Numbered from the stretch's first letter, positions 38,236 through 49,792 are shown. The stretch is DNA of 64,000 nt from an uncultured Chloroflexia bacterium (GCA_963768705.1 CAVYJE010000001.1:65122-129121); one strand, 5' to 3'. Program-made: numbers and translations. Notes: generated by a model not told the origin, from the sequence alone.

Positions 38236-39015
38236 GTGCTTCTGCGCGCGTCTTGTCACCTGGGCTTCGTGAACTCTGGACCGGTCTCGATGATCCTCAT
38301 GCTTCGGCCTCGAAGCGGCGAGGGGCAGTGGGTGCGGTCTGAGTCGTACGATGTCGCGCCCAAGATCCAGCTCACGGAGTACACCGACTTCTACGGCAAC
38401 CTTTGCCAGCGCCTCACGGCCACCGAGGGCGATTCCGCCATCAGCGCTTCTTGCGAGGTCGAAGTGCCGGACGAGGTCGATCACGGGCCCGGCGAGCCGC
38501 CGGTGCCGATCGAGGAGCTGCCGAGCCCTCTGCTGCACTACTTGCTGCCGAGCCGCTACTGCGAGTCCGACAAGCTGCACGCTGAGGCGACAGAGATTGC
38601 CGGCGGATGCACGCCCGGCTACGACCAGGCCGAGCAGGTACGCACCTGGGTGCATGACCACATCGTCTACGTACCCGGTAGCACGAACGCATCCACCTCG
38701 GCTCACGACGTGTGGGGCCAGCGCGAGGGCGTCTGCCGCGACCAGGCCCACCTCGGTATCGCCCTCTGCCGGGCGCTTGACCTGCCCAGCCGGATGGTCG
38801 TCGGGTACCTGTACGGCCTCGAGCCGATGGACCTGCACGCCTGGTTCGAGTGCTACATCGGCCAACACTGGTGGACCTTCGATGCCAAGGAGCCCACGAG
38901 CGAAGGCGGGCGCATCGTCATCGGCTACGGCCGGGACGCCGCTGACGTGGCGCTCGTGACCCAGTTCGGGCCGGCGGAGATGCGCGACATGCGGGTATCT
39001 GTCGAGCGACTCTAA
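38236..39015 (+). CDS. transglutaminase-like cysteine protease family protein
   Basis: GVCRDQAHLGIALCRALDLPSRMVVGY...HAWFECY...FD gives a Cys-His-Asp arrangement. Confidence 0.75.
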   Translation: MLLRASCHLGFVNSGPVSMILMLRPRSGEGQWVRSESYDVAPKIQLTEYTDFYGNLCQRLTATEGDSAISASCEVEVPDEVDHGPGEPPVPIEELPSPLLHYLLPSRYCESDKLHAEATEIAGGCTPGYDQAEQVRTWVHDHIVYVPGSTNASTSAHDVWGQREGVCRDQAHLGIALCRALDLPSRMVVGYLYGLEPMDLHAWFECYIGQHWWTFDAKEPTSEGGRIVIGYGRDAADVALVTQFGPAEMRDMRVSVERL

Positions 39016-39063
39016 GCGTCACGACTCCCCAACAGACACACTGGGCAGGCGCTTCGGGGCGCT

Positions 39064-40141
39064 ATGATCCTCTCGATGCGTATCGTCTACCTCGCCGACG
39101 CGCCCTACCCTCACACTTGGCGCTGGGTGCAGCACTTCGCCGCCGCCGGCCACGAATGTCACGTGGTCTCCTTCCGGCCCGCCGAAATCGACGGCGCCAC
39201 GGTGCACTACGTCGATGGCGGCGAGAAGCTGGGCAAGGCGCGCTACCTCCTGCACGCCCGCCGTGTCGCCCGCCTGATCCGGGAGCTGCAGCCGGACCTT
39301 CTGCACGCCCTCCACCTCACCAGCTACGGCTTCCTCGGCTCGCTGGCCGACTTCCACCCCTTCCTGCTCTCGGTCTGGGGCACGGACGTCCTGGAAGCGC
39401 CGCAGCTTACGCCCTTCCACCGCTGGCTCACCCGGCACGCCCTCGCTCGCGCCGACGCGATCACGGCCACGGGGCTCCACCTGGCCCTCGAGACGACGCG
39501 CTATACGCCGTACAGCACATCGGTGACCGTCGTGCCCTACGGCGTCGACCTGGAGCGCTTTGGTCCCTCGACCCGCCCGCCGGGCGACAGGGTGGTCATC
39601 GGCACGACGGCGAGGCTATCGCCGGAGAAGGGGCTGCCGTATCTGATCGATGCCTTTGCGCGCCTGCGAGAGCGCTACGGCGAGCGGGTCAGCCTGCGCA
39701 TCGCCGGTGAAGGCCCCGAGCGCGGCGCCCTGGAGCAGCAGATCGCCCGGACTCGGTCTCGGTGAATCGGTGGAGCTTTCGGGCTGGCTGGAGCACGAAG
39801 CAGTACCGGCCTTCCTGCAGCAGCTCGATGTCTTCGTCCTGCCGTCGACCTGGGAGGGCTTCGGCGTCTCCGCTGTCGAAGCATCGGCAGTCGGCCTGCC
39901 GGTTGTGGCCTCGAACATCCACGGCATCCCGGACGCTGTGATCGACGGCCGCACGGGCCTTCTCGTGCCATCGAAGGACTCCGCCGCCCTCGCAGACGCC
40001 ATCGCGCGCCTCATCGACGCCTCCGAATTGCGCACACAGCTCGGTGTTGCCGGCCGGGCATTCGTCACTCGCAACTACGACTGGTCTCGCAACGCCGCCC
40101 AGATGCAGCTGCTCTACGAGGACCTGACCTCCTCTACCTGA
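39064..40141 (+). pseudogene. family 4 (GT-B) glycosyltransferase, apparent frameshift near 39748-39752
   Basis: The N-terminal domain runs through ARLSPEKGLPYLIDAF...IAGEGPERGALEQQIAR. The +2 frame continues GLGESVELSGWLEHE...STWEGFGVSAVEASAVGLPVVASNIHGIPD. Confidence 0.8.
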
Positions 40142-40203
40142 CGTTCGAGGGAACCTTCACGACCGCACCGGGGTACTAACTGCAAACCCACGGGAGGTGA
40201 GTT

Positions 40204-41499
40204 GTGCTGCAGCGAGTTCTAATCGGTTCGGGTGTGTTTGCGGTGGCCGCGATTCTGGTCATGGCCGTCGCGGTATTCGACGACAACGCGCCGGCCACGT
40301 CCGATACGGGCGCCCTGCCCGGTGTTACGGCCTTGGACGTCGAGGTGTTGCCGGATACCGGCGAGGCAGGCGTCGCCGACCCGCGCGCTCGGGGCGTGAT
40401 CATCGCCAGTCTCAACGGCCAGTTCTTCGCCTACGCGCCGGACGGTGAGGCTGGCGCAAGACCGGTTCAGGGACCCTACGAAGACGGTACGTCGCCGGAC
40501 GGAGCCTGGCAGGCGATGCAGTTCTGTCCCGACGCGGAAACCTGCAAGCTCGTGATCCTGCCTGCTGGTGCCAGCTACCAGCAGGAGGATATCGAAGCTG
40601 CTTCGGTTGAGCTTGGCGCCAACTTCGTCGAAGGGCAGTGGGCGCGTACGGGTGCGACGTTCGCGGCCCTGGATCAGTCCGGCAGCCTGTACCTTGTCGA
40701 GCCCGACACGCTCGCGGCGCGGACCGTGCAGGCGTGCTGTGTGACGGCGTACGCCTGGACCACGGACGGTGACCTGCTCATCGGCGGTGCAGGCAAGCCC
40801 GGCAACTTCTGGGTCGCCCGCGCCGGCCTCACCGACACCATCGAGCAGGTGGCCAGCGTCTCCTCTCCCGTCGATCGCTTCTACGAGTCGCCCGACGCCT
40901 CGCAGTTCGCCTTTGCCCAGAGCGACGCAGCAGGTCTGCGCCTCATGACCATCGACACGCGCAACGGCGACCGCCTGGTGGACTACGGCGTGTTGCACGA
41001 GGCCGTGGAGGCGGGCGGGCCCCAGTTCGCCATCGCCTGGTCTCGCGACGAGCGATACATCGCCGTCGGGCCGGTGAGTGCGCCGTACAGCCTGAGCGTC
41101 CTCGATACGGTCGCGGGCCAGCTCGTGAGTCAGTACAGCTTCGAGGAGGGCTACGCGGGTGAGCTGGTGTGGTCGCCCGTGGCCGACAGCCTGGCGATCT
41201 CGACCTACAGCCCGGACCGTCTCCAGCACGAGGTCTACGTCGTCGACCCGGCGTCCGGGGATGCGCCGCGGCACCTGCTGGGCGGCTGCCGCATCGTCTG
41301 GTCGCCGGACGGTCGGTTCATCGCCGCCAAGGCGGAACCCCACGACCTCGGCGCCAGGGCAGTCGATGTGGAAACCGGCGTCTCGTGGCAGATCGCCGCG
41401 GCGCCGGGGTTGACGCCGGTCGCCTGGGGCGTCGACGAAGCCACGGCGATCGAGCACATCAGGATCCCGGGTCGCACGGCGGCGGTCCTGGGCAAGTAG
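40204..41499 (+). CDS. membrane-anchored TolB-like (PD40 beta-propeller repeat) protein
   Basis: An N-terminal TM helix is followed by AWSRDERYIAV, VWSPVADSLAIS and VWSPDGRFIAA repeats. SD gggaggtg. Confidence 0.65.
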   Translation: MLQRVLIGSGVFAVAAILVMAVAVFDDNAPATSDTGALPGVTALDVEVLPDTGEAGVADPRARGVIIASLNGQFFAYAPDGEAGARPVQGPYEDGTSPDGAWQAMQFCPDAETCKLVILPAGASYQQEDIEAASVELGANFVEGQWARTGATFAALDQSGSLYLVEPDTLAARTVQACCVTAYAWTTDGDLLIGGAGKPGNFWVARAGLTDTIEQVASVSSPVDRFYESPDASQFAFAQSDAAGLRLMTIDTRNGDRLVDYGVLHEAVEAGGPQFAIAWSRDERYIAVGPVSAPYSLSVLDTVAGQLVSQYSFEEGYAGELVWSPVADSLAISTYSPDRLQHEVYVVDPASGDAPRHLLGGCRIVWSPDGRFIAAKAEPHDLGARAVDVETGVSWQIAAAPGLTPVAWGVDEATAIEHIRIPGRTAAVLGK

Positions 41500-41547
41500 G
41501 AGGCGCAGGGCCGCTCGGCCTCGGCCTGCGCCTTAGGGATTGCCTGC

Positions 41548-42291
41548 CTAGACCGACAGGTAGTGACGCAATGTGTCGAGGTCGAGTTCGCCCGGGGCGC
41601 CTTTGAGCACGATGCGGCCCTGCTCCATGACGAAGCACTGATCGGCTACCGCCATGGAGAAGTCAAGAAACTGCTCGATCAGCAGGACGGAGAGGCGGCC
41701 CTTGAAGGACGCCACCACGCGCTGAATCTCGTCCACCAGCGAGGGCTGGATGCCCTCTGTGGGCTCGTCGAACAGCAGCATCTTCGGCCGGCCGACGAGG
41801 GCGCGGGCAATCGCGAGCTGCTGCTGCTGGCCGCCGGAGAGCAGGCCGGCCTGTCGCTTGCCCATCTCCTTGAGCACCGGGAACAGCTCGAACGCCTCCT
41901 CGATTTGTCCGGTGTCCTTGCCCTTCACCGGCTCCAGGCCGACGAGGATGTTCTCCATCACCGAGAGGTAGGGGAAGATGCCGCGGCCCTGGGGCACGTA
42001 GCCGATACCGGCCTGGGCGCGCCGGTAGGGCGGCCAGCGTCGCATGTCCTGACCGAAGGCGGCGACAGAGCCGCCACGCAGGGGCAAGATGCCCATGATT
42101 GCCTTCATCAGCGTCGTCTTGCCGGCGCCGTTGCGGCCGATGAGGCAGGAAACCTCGCCGGGCTTCACATAGAGGCTGGCGCCATCTACGACGTTGCTCT
42201 CGCCGTAGCTCACGCGGGCGTCTTTGACCTCCAGGTGCAGGTTCGTATCGGGCGATTCGTCGGTCCGGGTGGACATGGCTGCCGTCGTCAT
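41548..42291 (-). CDS. urtE: urea ABC transporter ATP-binding protein
   Basis: GRNGAGKTT, and GIGYVPQGRGIFPYLSVMENI is typical of UrtE. ATG 42291 overlaps the urtD stop (ATGA). The ORF-track N-terminal extension is rejected. Confidence 0.7.
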   Translation of the reverse strand: MTTAAMSTRTDESPDTNLHLEVKDARVSYGESNVVDGASLYVKPGEVSCLIGRNGAGKTTLMKAIMGILPLRGGSVAAFGQDMRRWPPYRRAQAGIGYVPQGRGIFPYLSVMENILVGLEPVKGKDTGQIEEAFELFPVLKEMGKRQAGLLSGGQQQQLAIARALVGRPKMLLFDEPTEGIQPSLVDEIQRVVASFKGRLSVLLIEQFLDFSMAVADQCFVMEQGRIVLKGAPGELDLDTLRHYLSV

Positions 42292-43049
42292 CAAATCTCT
42301 CCGTCCGTGCGGCCTAGGTAGACATCCATGACCGTCTCGTCGGCCTGTACCTCTTCCATCGTGCCTTCCTTGAGGACGCGGCCAAGGTGTAGCACCGTCA
42401 CCTTGTTGGAGAAGCGGCGGACAAAATCCATGTCGTGCTCGGTGACCACGATCGTGCGGTCGCCCTTGAGCGTGTGCAGGAGCTCGCCGGTCTTCTCCCG
42501 CTCCTGCCCTGTCATGCCCGCGACGGGCTCGTCCAGGAGCAGGAGCTTGGGGTCCTGCACAAGGAGCATGCCGATCTCGAGCCACTGACGCTCACCATGA
42601 GAAAGGGCGCCCGCCGTGATGTTCGCCCGCTCCGTGAGGCCGACGACCTCGAGAGCGGCCTCGATGCGCTCGCGCTCGGGGTTGGATAGCAGGCCGAACA
42701 GGGCCGGCACCGGCTTGCGGAAGCCCAGCGCAACTTCCAGGTGCTCGTAGCAGGTGAGGCTGCGGTAGACCGCCGGCGTCTGGAACTTGCGCCCGATCCC
42801 GAGGCGCACGAGCTTGTGCTCGGGCTGCTTCGTGATATCGACGTTGCCGTCGTAGATTGCGGTGCCGGCCTGTGGCCTCACCTTGCCGCTGAGCATGTCC
42901 AGCAGCGTCGTCTTGCCGGCGCCATTGGGGCCGATGAGGAACCTTAGTTCACCCTCTTCTACGTTGAGGCTGAGGTTGTTGAGCACCGTGAAGCCGTCGA
43001 AGCCCAGGGTGATGTCGTCAAGCTTGAGCACTCTACCGGCCTCCTTCAC
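42291..43049 (-). CDS. urtD: urea ABC transporter ATP-binding protein
   Basis: [27 protein letters not shown]...[12 protein letters not shown]. Confidence 0.7.
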   Translation of the reverse strand: MKEAGRVLKLDDITLGFDGFTVLNNLSLNVEEGELRFLIGPNGAGKTTLLDMLSGKVRPQAGTAIYDGNVDITKQPEHKLVRLGIGRKFQTPAVYRSLTCYEHLEVALGFRKPVPALFGLLSNPERERIEAALEVVGLTERANITAGALSHGERQWLEIGMLLVQDPKLLLLDEPVAGMTGQEREKTGELLHTLKGDRTIVVTEHDMDFVRRFSNKVTVLHLGRVLKEGTMEEVQADETVMDVYLGRTDGEI

Positions 43050-44175
43050 CCTGCGACGCGACCTGGGCCGACGAGACGCCGGAGGTCGCTGCTGCGGGTG
43101 TTGGCGACCTCAGCCCGCCGAGCCTTCGCAGAGTCCACTGCAGCCCGTCGCGCGCTGTGCCCGCGATGCCTGCAGGGAAGAGCACGACGGCGCCGATGAA
43201 CAGGGCACCGAGGAAGAACAGCCAGAAGTCGGGGTAGGATTCGCTCAGCCAGTTGCGCGCCAGGCCGACCACGACAGCGCCGAGGGCAGCGCCCCAGAGC
43301 GTGCCGCGGCCACCGACGGCGACCCAGATCACCATCTCTATCGAAGGCACGATCGCCATGTTGGCGGGCGAGATGATGCCGACCTGCGGCACGAACAGGG
43401 CGCCCGCGACGCCGGCCATGGCGCAGGCGATGGCGAAGATCGTCGCCTTCACGGCCGCCACGTTGTAGCCGGTGAAGCGCACGCGGTCCTCGTCGTCACG
43501 CAGGGCCACGAGCAGGCGCCCGAAGCGCGATCGCGTGATGCCGACAGCGATGAGGTAGCAGATCAGCATCGCGATGACGCTGACGGTGTACAGAAGGTGC
43601 TGCGTCTCGTCCGCCAGCAGGCGATGCCCGAACAGCTCGGAGAAGTTCGTGATGCCGTTGGTGCCGCCTGTGTAGGGCTGCTGGCCAATGAACAGCGTGC
43701 TCATGATCAGGGCCAGGGCCTGCGTGATGATCGCGAAGTACACGCCTTTGACGCGACTCCGGAACACCATGTAGCCGAGCGCGAACGCCAGGACACCGGG
43801 CGCGATGATCGCCAGGGGCAGGGCGACCCAGGCGTGCTGGAACGGCTGCCAGAACCACGGCAGGGAATGGAGGCCGCTCCAGACCATGAAGTCAGGCATC
43901 TTGCCGTCGGAGGCGACTAGCTTCATGTACATGGCCATCGAGTAGCCGCCGATGCCGAAAAACACGCCCTGGCCCAGGCTGAGCATGCCGCCATAGCCCC
44001 ACAGCAGGTCGAGGCCGATGGCGATGATCGCGAACGTGAACAGCTTGCCGAGCACGTTCTGGCGGAAGTCGGAGATCATGGCGGGCACGATGAAGATGAG
44101 GACGAGGCCGACGGCGATCGCGAAGACGATCTGCATCAGCCACGTCTGACGGTTAGAGAATCGGCTAACGAGCAT
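43033..44175 (-). CDS. urtC: urea ABC transporter permease
   Basis: 380-aa LivM-like permease in the urt gene order. Confidence 0.7.
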   Translation of the reverse strand: MLVSRFSNRQTWLMQIVFAIAVGLVLIFIVPAMISDFRQNVLGKLFTFAIIAIGLDLLWGYGGMLSLGQGVFFGIGGYSMAMYMKLVASDGKMPDFMVWSGLHSLPWFWQPFQHAWVALPLAIIAPGVLAFALGYMVFRSRVKGVYFAIITQALALIMSTLFIGQQPYTGGTNGITNFSELFGHRLLADETQHLLYTVSVIAMLICYLIAVGITRSRFGRLLVALRDDEDRVRFTGYNVAAVKATIFAIACAMAGVAGALFVPQVGIISPANMAIVPSIEMVIWVAVGGRGTLWGAALGAVVVGLARNWLSESYPDFWLFFLGALFIGAVVLFPAGIAGTARDGLQWTLRRLGGLRSPTPAAATSGVSSAQVASQGEGGR

Positions 44176-44187
44176 GATGAGGCTCCA

Positions 44188-45087
44188 TCATGAGCGTGAC
44201 TTCCGGGCGATCAGCCCGGCAGGACGCCATTGCAAGAACACGATGATTGCAGCGAACACGAACACCTTGCCCAGCGAGGCGGACGTGCCCCACTCGAAGA
44301 AGGTGTTGAGGCCGCCAATCGAGAAGGCGGCGGCGACTGTGCCTGCCAGCATGCCGACGCCACCGAGGACGACGACCATGAACGCATCGACGATGTAGTA
44401 AGTGCCCAGCGAGGGGCCGATGGGACCGAGCAGCGCAAGGGCACACCCCGCGACGCCGGCGAGTCCGGAGCTAAGGGCGAAGGTCAGCGTATCGACGGTG
44501 GGAGTGCGGACGCCGAGCGAGGAGGCGATCTCGCGGTTCTGCATGACGGCCCGGATGCGGCGGCCGCCCGCCGTGCGCGTCAGGTACAGCGCTACGCCGG
44601 AGAGGCAGAGCGCCGCCAGCGCCAGGATGAAGATTCTCGAGTAGGGCATCACGAAGCCGTCCATGACTTCGAGGCCGCTTCGCAACCAGGGTGGGGCGAT
44701 GACTTGCACGTTGGGCGCGCCAAAAATGCTCCGCGCTGCCTGCTGCAGGATCAAACTCAATCCCCACGTTGCGAGCAATGTATCTAAGGGCCGTCCGTAG
44801 AGCCGGCGAATGAGTACGCGCTCCACAACGGCGCCCATCGCAGCCGCCACGACGAAGGCGATGGGCAGGGCGATGAACAGATAGACGTCGAGCCCGGCAC
44901 TGCCGAAGGGCCCGACGAGCTTTGTCTGCACCACGTAGGCCGTGTAGGCGCCGGCCATGATCAGCTCGCCGTGCGCCATGTTGATGACATTCATCAGGCC
45001 GAAAGAAAACGCTAGCCCGATCGCTATGAGTAGCAAGATCGAGCCAATACTGATCGCATTGAAACCTTGGGATAACCAGATCGCCAA
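44188..45087 (-). CDS. urtB: urea ABC transporter permease
   Basis: 299-aa LivH-like permease with NVINMAHGELIMAGAY. Confidence 0.7.
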   Translation of the reverse strand: MAIWLSQGFNAISIGSILLLIAIGLAFSFGLMNVINMAHGELIMAGAYTAYVVQTKLVGPFGSAGLDVYLFIALPIAFVVAAAMGAVVERVLIRRLYGRPLDTLLATWGLSLILQQAARSIFGAPNVQVIAPPWLRSGLEVMDGFVMPYSRIFILALAALCLSGVALYLTRTAGGRRIRAVMQNREIASSLGVRTPTVDTLTFALSSGLAGVAGCALALLGPIGPSLGTYYIVDAFMVVVLGGVGMLAGTVAAAFSIGGLNTFFEWGTSASLGKVFVFAAIIVFLQWRPAGLIARKSRS

Positions 45088-45161
45088 ACCACACCCCTCT
45101 CACTCTGGCAACGGAGTGAGGGAGCCGCCGGTGCCAGGACCGGCGGCTCCCCGGGATTAGA

Positions 45162-46478
45162 TCACTTGGGCTTTTCAGCCGCGAACTCACCCCCCCACGA
45201 GTACGTCTCGAGGTACGGGTCCGGCTCAACCGGGCCGTCCGTGGCCCAGATCTCGTCGATCAGGCCTTCGGTGTTGATCTTGCCGATGCGGACCGTCTTG
45301 GAGATGTGCTGGTTCTCGCCGTTGATCGTCACGGTGCCTTCCGGCGCATCGAACGAGAGGCCCTTTGCGGCCGCGCGGACCTTGTCGACGTCGGTCGATC
45401 CCGCCGCCTCGACAGCCTTGGCCCACAGGTAGACGCCGATGTAGCCGGCCTCGATCGGGTCAGCCGTAACCCGGTCCTGACCGTACTTGGCCTTGTACGC
45501 CGCCACGAACTTCTCGTTGGCCGCGCCCGGCGTCGTCTGGTAGTAGTTCCAGGCGACGAGGTGGCCGGCCATGACGTCGGCACCGATACCGCGGACTTCT
45601 TCCTCGGCAACGGAGACGGACATCGTAGGCATGGACTCCGGCGTGAAACCGGCATCCTTGAACTGCTTGAAGAAGGCCACGTTGCTGTCGCCGTTCAGCG
45701 TGTTGTAGATGACGTCCGCGCCGGAGCTGCGAATCTTGTTGATCACGGTGCTGTAGTCCGTGTGACCGAGGGGGGTGTACTCCTCAGCTACGGTCTCGCC
45801 GCCGCTGGCCTCCAGCTGCGCCTTGATGATGCGGTTGGCTGTGCGCGGGAACACGTAGTCGGAGGCGAGGAGGAAGAACTTCGTCATGCCTTCGCCCAGC
45901 AGGTATTCCACGCTGGGGACGATCTGCTGGTTGGTCGTGGCGCCCATGTAGAAGATGTTGGGAGAGGACTCCAGGCCCTCGTACTGCACGGGATACCACA
46001 GCAGCCCGTTCGAGCCCTCGAACACCGGCAGCACCGCCTTGCGGCTGGCGGACGTCCAGCAGCCGAAGACCGTAGCCACCTTGTCTGAATCGAGGAGCTT
46101 CTTCGACTTCTCTGCGAAGGTCGGCCAGTCAGATGCGCCGTCCTCCACGATCCACTCCAGTTGCTTGCCCAGGACACCGCCCGCGGCGTTGATCTCCTCC
46201 AGGGCCATGACCTCGGAGTCCTTTACCGACACCTCGCTGATCGACATCGTGCCGGAGAGCGAGTGAAGGACACCGACCTTGATCGTGTCGCCGCCGCCGG
46301 GGGTTGCCTCCGAGCCACCCGTGCTGGCGCTTGTGTCATCGTCATCGTCGTCGCCACATGCGACGGCGAGTCCGCCCAGGGCTGTCAGTGCCCCGAGACC
46401 AGCTCCTGCCCGCAGCAGCCGCCGGCGGGAGACTTTTCGGGCCCAGTAGGAGCCCGGGTCCAGTAGTTCGCCTGCCAT
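45162..46478 (-). CDS. urtA: urea ABC transporter substrate-binding lipoprotein (Tat-type signal)
   Basis: [20 protein letters not shown], then [17 protein letters not shown]...GGVLGKQLE...[17 protein letters not shown]...YPVQYEG. Confidence 0.75.
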   Translation of the reverse strand: MAGELLDPGSYWARKVSRRRLLRAGAGLGALTALGGLAVACGDDDDDDTSASTGGSEATPGGGDTIKVGVLHSLSGTMSISEVSVKDSEVMALEEINAAGGVLGKQLEWIVEDGASDWPTFAEKSKKLLDSDKVATVFGCWTSASRKAVLPVFEGSNGLLWYPVQYEGLESSPNIFYMGATTNQQIVPSVEYLLGEGMTKFFLLASDYVFPRTANRIIKAQLEASGGETVAEEYTPLGHTDYSTVINKIRSSGADVIYNTLNGDSNVAFFKQFKDAGFTPESMPTMSVSVAEEEVRGIGADVMAGHLVAWNYYQTTPGAANEKFVAAYKAKYGQDRVTADPIEAGYIGVYLWAKAVEAAGSTDVDKVRAAAKGLSFDAPEGTVTINGENQHISKTVRIGKINTEGLIDEIWATDGPVEPDPYLETYSWGGEFAAEKPK

Positions 46479-47126
46479 AGATTGAGAAATCCTCCTGCTC
46501 TAATGACACCCTGACCGAACCGGTTGATCATGGGTGTGGTGTGATGTGTGGGAGGTTACTTAGGTGCTGTTACCGCGCCGTGTCCGCGTTATGAACTACT
46601 CATGACCGTAAAGTTTCTGATTTCTTTCATGGCGGTTTCAGCATCGTTTCGGAGCGGTTCGAAACGGCAGGGCCAATACGTTTGGACGCTGTTAACGTCC
46701 GCGCAACGTACGTGAGCTTTTGAGGCGGCATTCCAGCTTGCGAGATTGACGTCCGGGAGTTCTTATGTCGTACGACCTTGTCCCAAACAGACTAGTTGCC
46801 CGCAGGAGAGGGACCACGCGGTCATGGACCGCTCTCTGCATTTCGGTGACTCTCGCCGCGTTGGAGTGCGGAAATTTTCGTCAGCCTGGAGAAGCGCTTC
46901 GGGGTCGCAGCACCCTCTCGGACGAGGCGCCAAGGCAGGCTCTGAGGACTTCTGCGAGGCGGTCAAGCGCCACGCAGGCCAGCACCGAAGCGGTTCTTAG
47001 CACGGTGGGGTGTCGCCATGGGCCACCCTTTCCTGAATACTGTGCGGAGCAGACCGAGAGGGATGCGTAGCGGCTCCAGAGAAGTCGCTTCAGGCGCGCC
47101 CTGCAGGCAACAAAAGGAGTTCTCCC

Positions 47127-48758
47127 ATGCCAACCATGACAGGCGGGCAGGCGCTGGTGCGTCAGCTCAAGCTCGAAGGCCTCGATACGCTGTTCGGGTT
47201 GCCGGGAATCCAGATGGACTGGGCCTTCGACGCCTTCTGGGAGGAGAAGGACCACTTTCGCATCTACTACACGCGCCACGAGCAGGCCTGCGCCTACATG
47301 GCGGACGGCTTTGCGCGCGCTACAGGCCGCATCGGTATGTGTATGGTCGTGCCGGGGCCGGGGCTGCTCAACGCCAGCGCCGCGCTCTCGACGGCGTATG
47401 CCTGCTCCTCGCCGGTGTTGTGCATCACCGGCGAGATTCACTCGGAGCAAATCGGCAAGGGCCGCGGCATGCTTCACGAGATCAACGACCAGAAGGGCAT
47501 GATCGCCCACGTGACGAAGTGGCAGGGCCGGGCGATGACGCCCCAGGAGATCCCCGCCCTCGTGCACCGCGCCGCACAGGAGTTGGGGACGGGTCGACCG
47601 CGCCCGGTCGAGATCGAGGTGCCTCCGAACATCTTCGAGGCGTCGGCGGACGTGCAGCTCATCGACCCTCAGGCTGCACCGGTCGTCGCACCCGACCCGG
47701 ACCTCATCGACAAGGCGGCGCGCTTGCTCGGTGGCGCCAAGAGCCCGGTGATCTTCTCGGGTGGCGGCATCATCCGCGGTGGTGCCTGGGCGGAGCTGCA
47801 GCAGGTGGCTGAGATCCTGGAAGCGCCCGTGATCATGACGAACAACGGTCGCGGCGCCCTTTCGGAGCGACATCACCTCGCCGTGGGCATGCGCGGTGCC
47901 CGGGAGCTCGCCCCGGACGCCGACGCGATCCTCGTAGTCGGCACGCGGTTCGCGCAGGGCCTGATGCAGCGCGACGTTCCGGCCTGGCTCAGCGCCGAGG
48001 TACCGATCGTACAGATGGACATCGATGGCGAGGAGATCGGGCGCAACGCGACGCCGTCCATCGGCATCGTCTCGGATGCCCGGCTGGGCCTCGGCGCCTT
48101 GGCGACTGCGCTGGAAAAGCACAACGTATCCAGGCCATCGCGCCGGGAGGAGATGGTCGACCTCAAGCGCTATCTGGAGGAGGACGCGGCGCGCAACCAG
48201 CCCCAGGCCGGCTTCGGGCTGGCGATTCGGGCGGCGCTGCCGGAGGATGGCATCTACGTGCAGGAGAGCACTCAGGTCGGGTACTGGTCCTCGCAGGGCT
48301 TCCCCGTCTACCAGCCGCGCACCTACATCACGTCCGGTTACCAGGGCACCCTGGGCTACGGATTCGCGACGGCGCTGGGCGTGCAGGTCGGCCAGCCGGA
48401 CCGCAAGGTCGTCTCCGTCAACGGCGACGGCGGCTTCTTCTACAACGTGCAGGAGCTCTCGACGATGGTGCAGCAGAAGATCCCCCTCGTCGCGGTCGTG
48501 TTCAACGACAACGCCTATGGCAACGTGAAGCGCATCCAGGAGACCCGATTCAATGGCCATACGATCGCGACGGAGCTGCATAACCCGGACATGCTCAAGC
48601 TGGCAGACGCATACGGCCTCGAAGGCCGGCGCGCGACCACGCCCGAGGAGCTGCGTACGACGCTCGAAGAGGTGATGAAGCACGACGAGCCGGTGCTCAT
48701 TGAAGTGCCCGTGGGGCCGATGCCGCAGGTGCGCTACACGCCGCGGCCGCGCGACTAG
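47127..48758 (+). CDS. thiamine-diphosphate-dependent enzyme (acetolactate synthase large-subunit-like)
   Basis: GGQALVRQLKLEGLDTLFGLPG, plus the ThDP motif GDGGFFYNVQELSTMVQQKIPLVAVVFNDNAYG. Confidence 0.8.
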   Translation: MPTMTGGQALVRQLKLEGLDTLFGLPGIQMDWAFDAFWEEKDHFRIYYTRHEQACAYMADGFARATGRIGMCMVVPGPGLLNASAALSTAYACSSPVLCITGEIHSEQIGKGRGMLHEINDQKGMIAHVTKWQGRAMTPQEIPALVHRAAQELGTGRPRPVEIEVPPNIFEASADVQLIDPQAAPVVAPDPDLIDKAARLLGGAKSPVIFSGGGIIRGGAWAELQQVAEILEAPVIMTNNGRGALSERHHLAVGMRGARELAPDADAILVVGTRFAQGLMQRDVPAWLSAEVPIVQMDIDGEEIGRNATPSIGIVSDARLGLGALATALEKHNVSRPSRREEMVDLKRYLEEDAARNQPQAGFGLAIRAALPEDGIYVQESTQVGYWSSQGFPVYQPRTYITSGYQGTLGYGFATALGVQVGQPDRKVVSVNGDGGFFYNVQELSTMVQQKIPLVAVVFNDNAYGNVKRIQETRFNGHTIATELHNPDMLKLADAYGLEGRRATTPEELRTTLEEVMKHDEPVLIEVPVGPMPQVRYTPRPRD

Positions 48759-48909
48759 GGGATACGCGCTTCGACGGCACGGCACGCCATTCGCACTTCG
48801 GGAGCGCGAGCGGACGGATCTAAAGATGCGTCCCTACATCCTGTCCTCGCTGTCGCTCGGAGACTGACTCGATGCGACCCGCCCGCGTCCGAAAGCGCCC
48901 TGCGCGTGC

Positions 48910-49792
48910 CTACAGGTCGACGCCGGTCCAGGTACGGCGGTCGTTCACCAGCACCATACGCCCGAAGATCGGCCCCTCGTCCAGATGCGAGCCCGTGATC
49001 AGGGCGTTGCGCCCAAGGGCCTCCTCGACGACGCGAGTGCGGGAGCGCACGGACTCCTCGCGGTCCATCTCGTAGCGCGGCGACCACTCGGGCTGCGTCG
49101 AGCTGCACGCACAGGTGGGCGAGGTCGCCGATGAAGATCGCCGCCTCGCCGCCCGATTGCACCAGGATGCTCACGGAGCCATCGGTGTGGCCGGGCGTGT
49201 GCAGGATCGTGACGCCCTTCGTGACCTCTGCCTCCGACGAGACGAGGTCCATCAGCCCGGCGTCCCGAATCGGCATCAGGCAGGTGTCGACGTAGGGCAC
49301 GTACTCGTGAGGCGTCGCACTTTCGCGCTGGAGAAACTCCGGCGAGGTGAAGTGGTCCCAGTCTGCCTGGTGGAACAGGTGGCGCGCGTTCGGGAACGTG
49401 ATCACCGGCTCGCCGTCCGGGCCGGGGTGGGTGTTCCAGCCGATGTGGTCGAGGTGCAGATGGCTCGGGATCACGTAATCGACTTCTTCCGGCTTCACGT
49501 CCAGCGCGGCGAGCGAGTCCAGCAGGTGGCCATCGCCGAAGCGCCAGAAGCCCCACGCGCCTACACCGGCGTCCAGGAGGATCGTCTTGCCCTCGCTCTT
49601 CACGACGAAGGAGATCACGCGCGACCGGATCACCTCGTCCGGGTCGCGGCCGTCGAGGGCGTCTCGAATGCGGTCGTTCGGTATCGCTTCGTTCTTCAGG
49701 TCGCGCAGGTGGGTCGACGGCGCCGCTTCCCAGTACCCGTCTCGGGCAACCGCGACTTCGATGCTGCCGATCCTCGTCTTCTCGACCGCCAC
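48910..49792 (-). pseudogene. MBL-fold hydrolase (lactonase-like), apparent frameshift near 49090-49100
   Basis: HLHLDHIGW...HTPGHTDGS...GDLAH are in one frame. The family-like tail EWSPRYEMDREESVRSRTRVVEEALGRNALITGSHLDEGPIFGRMV...TGVDL-stop (48912-48910) is in another. GTG start with SD aggagg. Confidence 0.75.

Noticed and set aside
41548-46478. The urt transporter as part of a urease or novel nitrogen island.
   Set aside because: The gene order and motifs are canonical urtABCDE. No urease, allophanate hydrolase or urea carboxylase genes are in the window, so there is nothing unusual beyond the long upstream region.
46640-46665. A tRNA-like T-loop (gcggttcgaaacg).
   Set aside because: The flanking bases do not form a T-stem, an acceptor stem or an anticodon arm. 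It is just a short palindrome (cgtttcg/cgaaacg).
46790-47070. A guanidine-I (ykkC) or TPP riboswitch, because of ctag..., accgagaggga and ctgagg fragments next to a urea-type transporter and a ThDP enzyme.
   Set aside because: The fragments are spread over about 260 nt rather than about 100 nt. The conserved cores (GGGUUCCG..GGUCCGAGAG..ACACGG..GGGA, or the CUGAGA..ACCUGAUCUGGAUAAUGCCAGCG of TPP) are not present. A covariance-model scan would be needed to decide.
46881-48785. Very long ORFs antisense to real genes. Examples are 46881-48785 minus (634 aa), 24244-25818 minus, 34638-36209 minus, 56352-57545 minus, 57392-58525 plus, 59793-60917 plus and 61268-62389 minus.
   Set aside because: Their translations are Arg/Gly/Ala/His-rich with low complexity and no recognisable motifs. 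They mirror well-supported genes on the opposite strand. This is the usual stop-codon depletion of GC-rich DNA.
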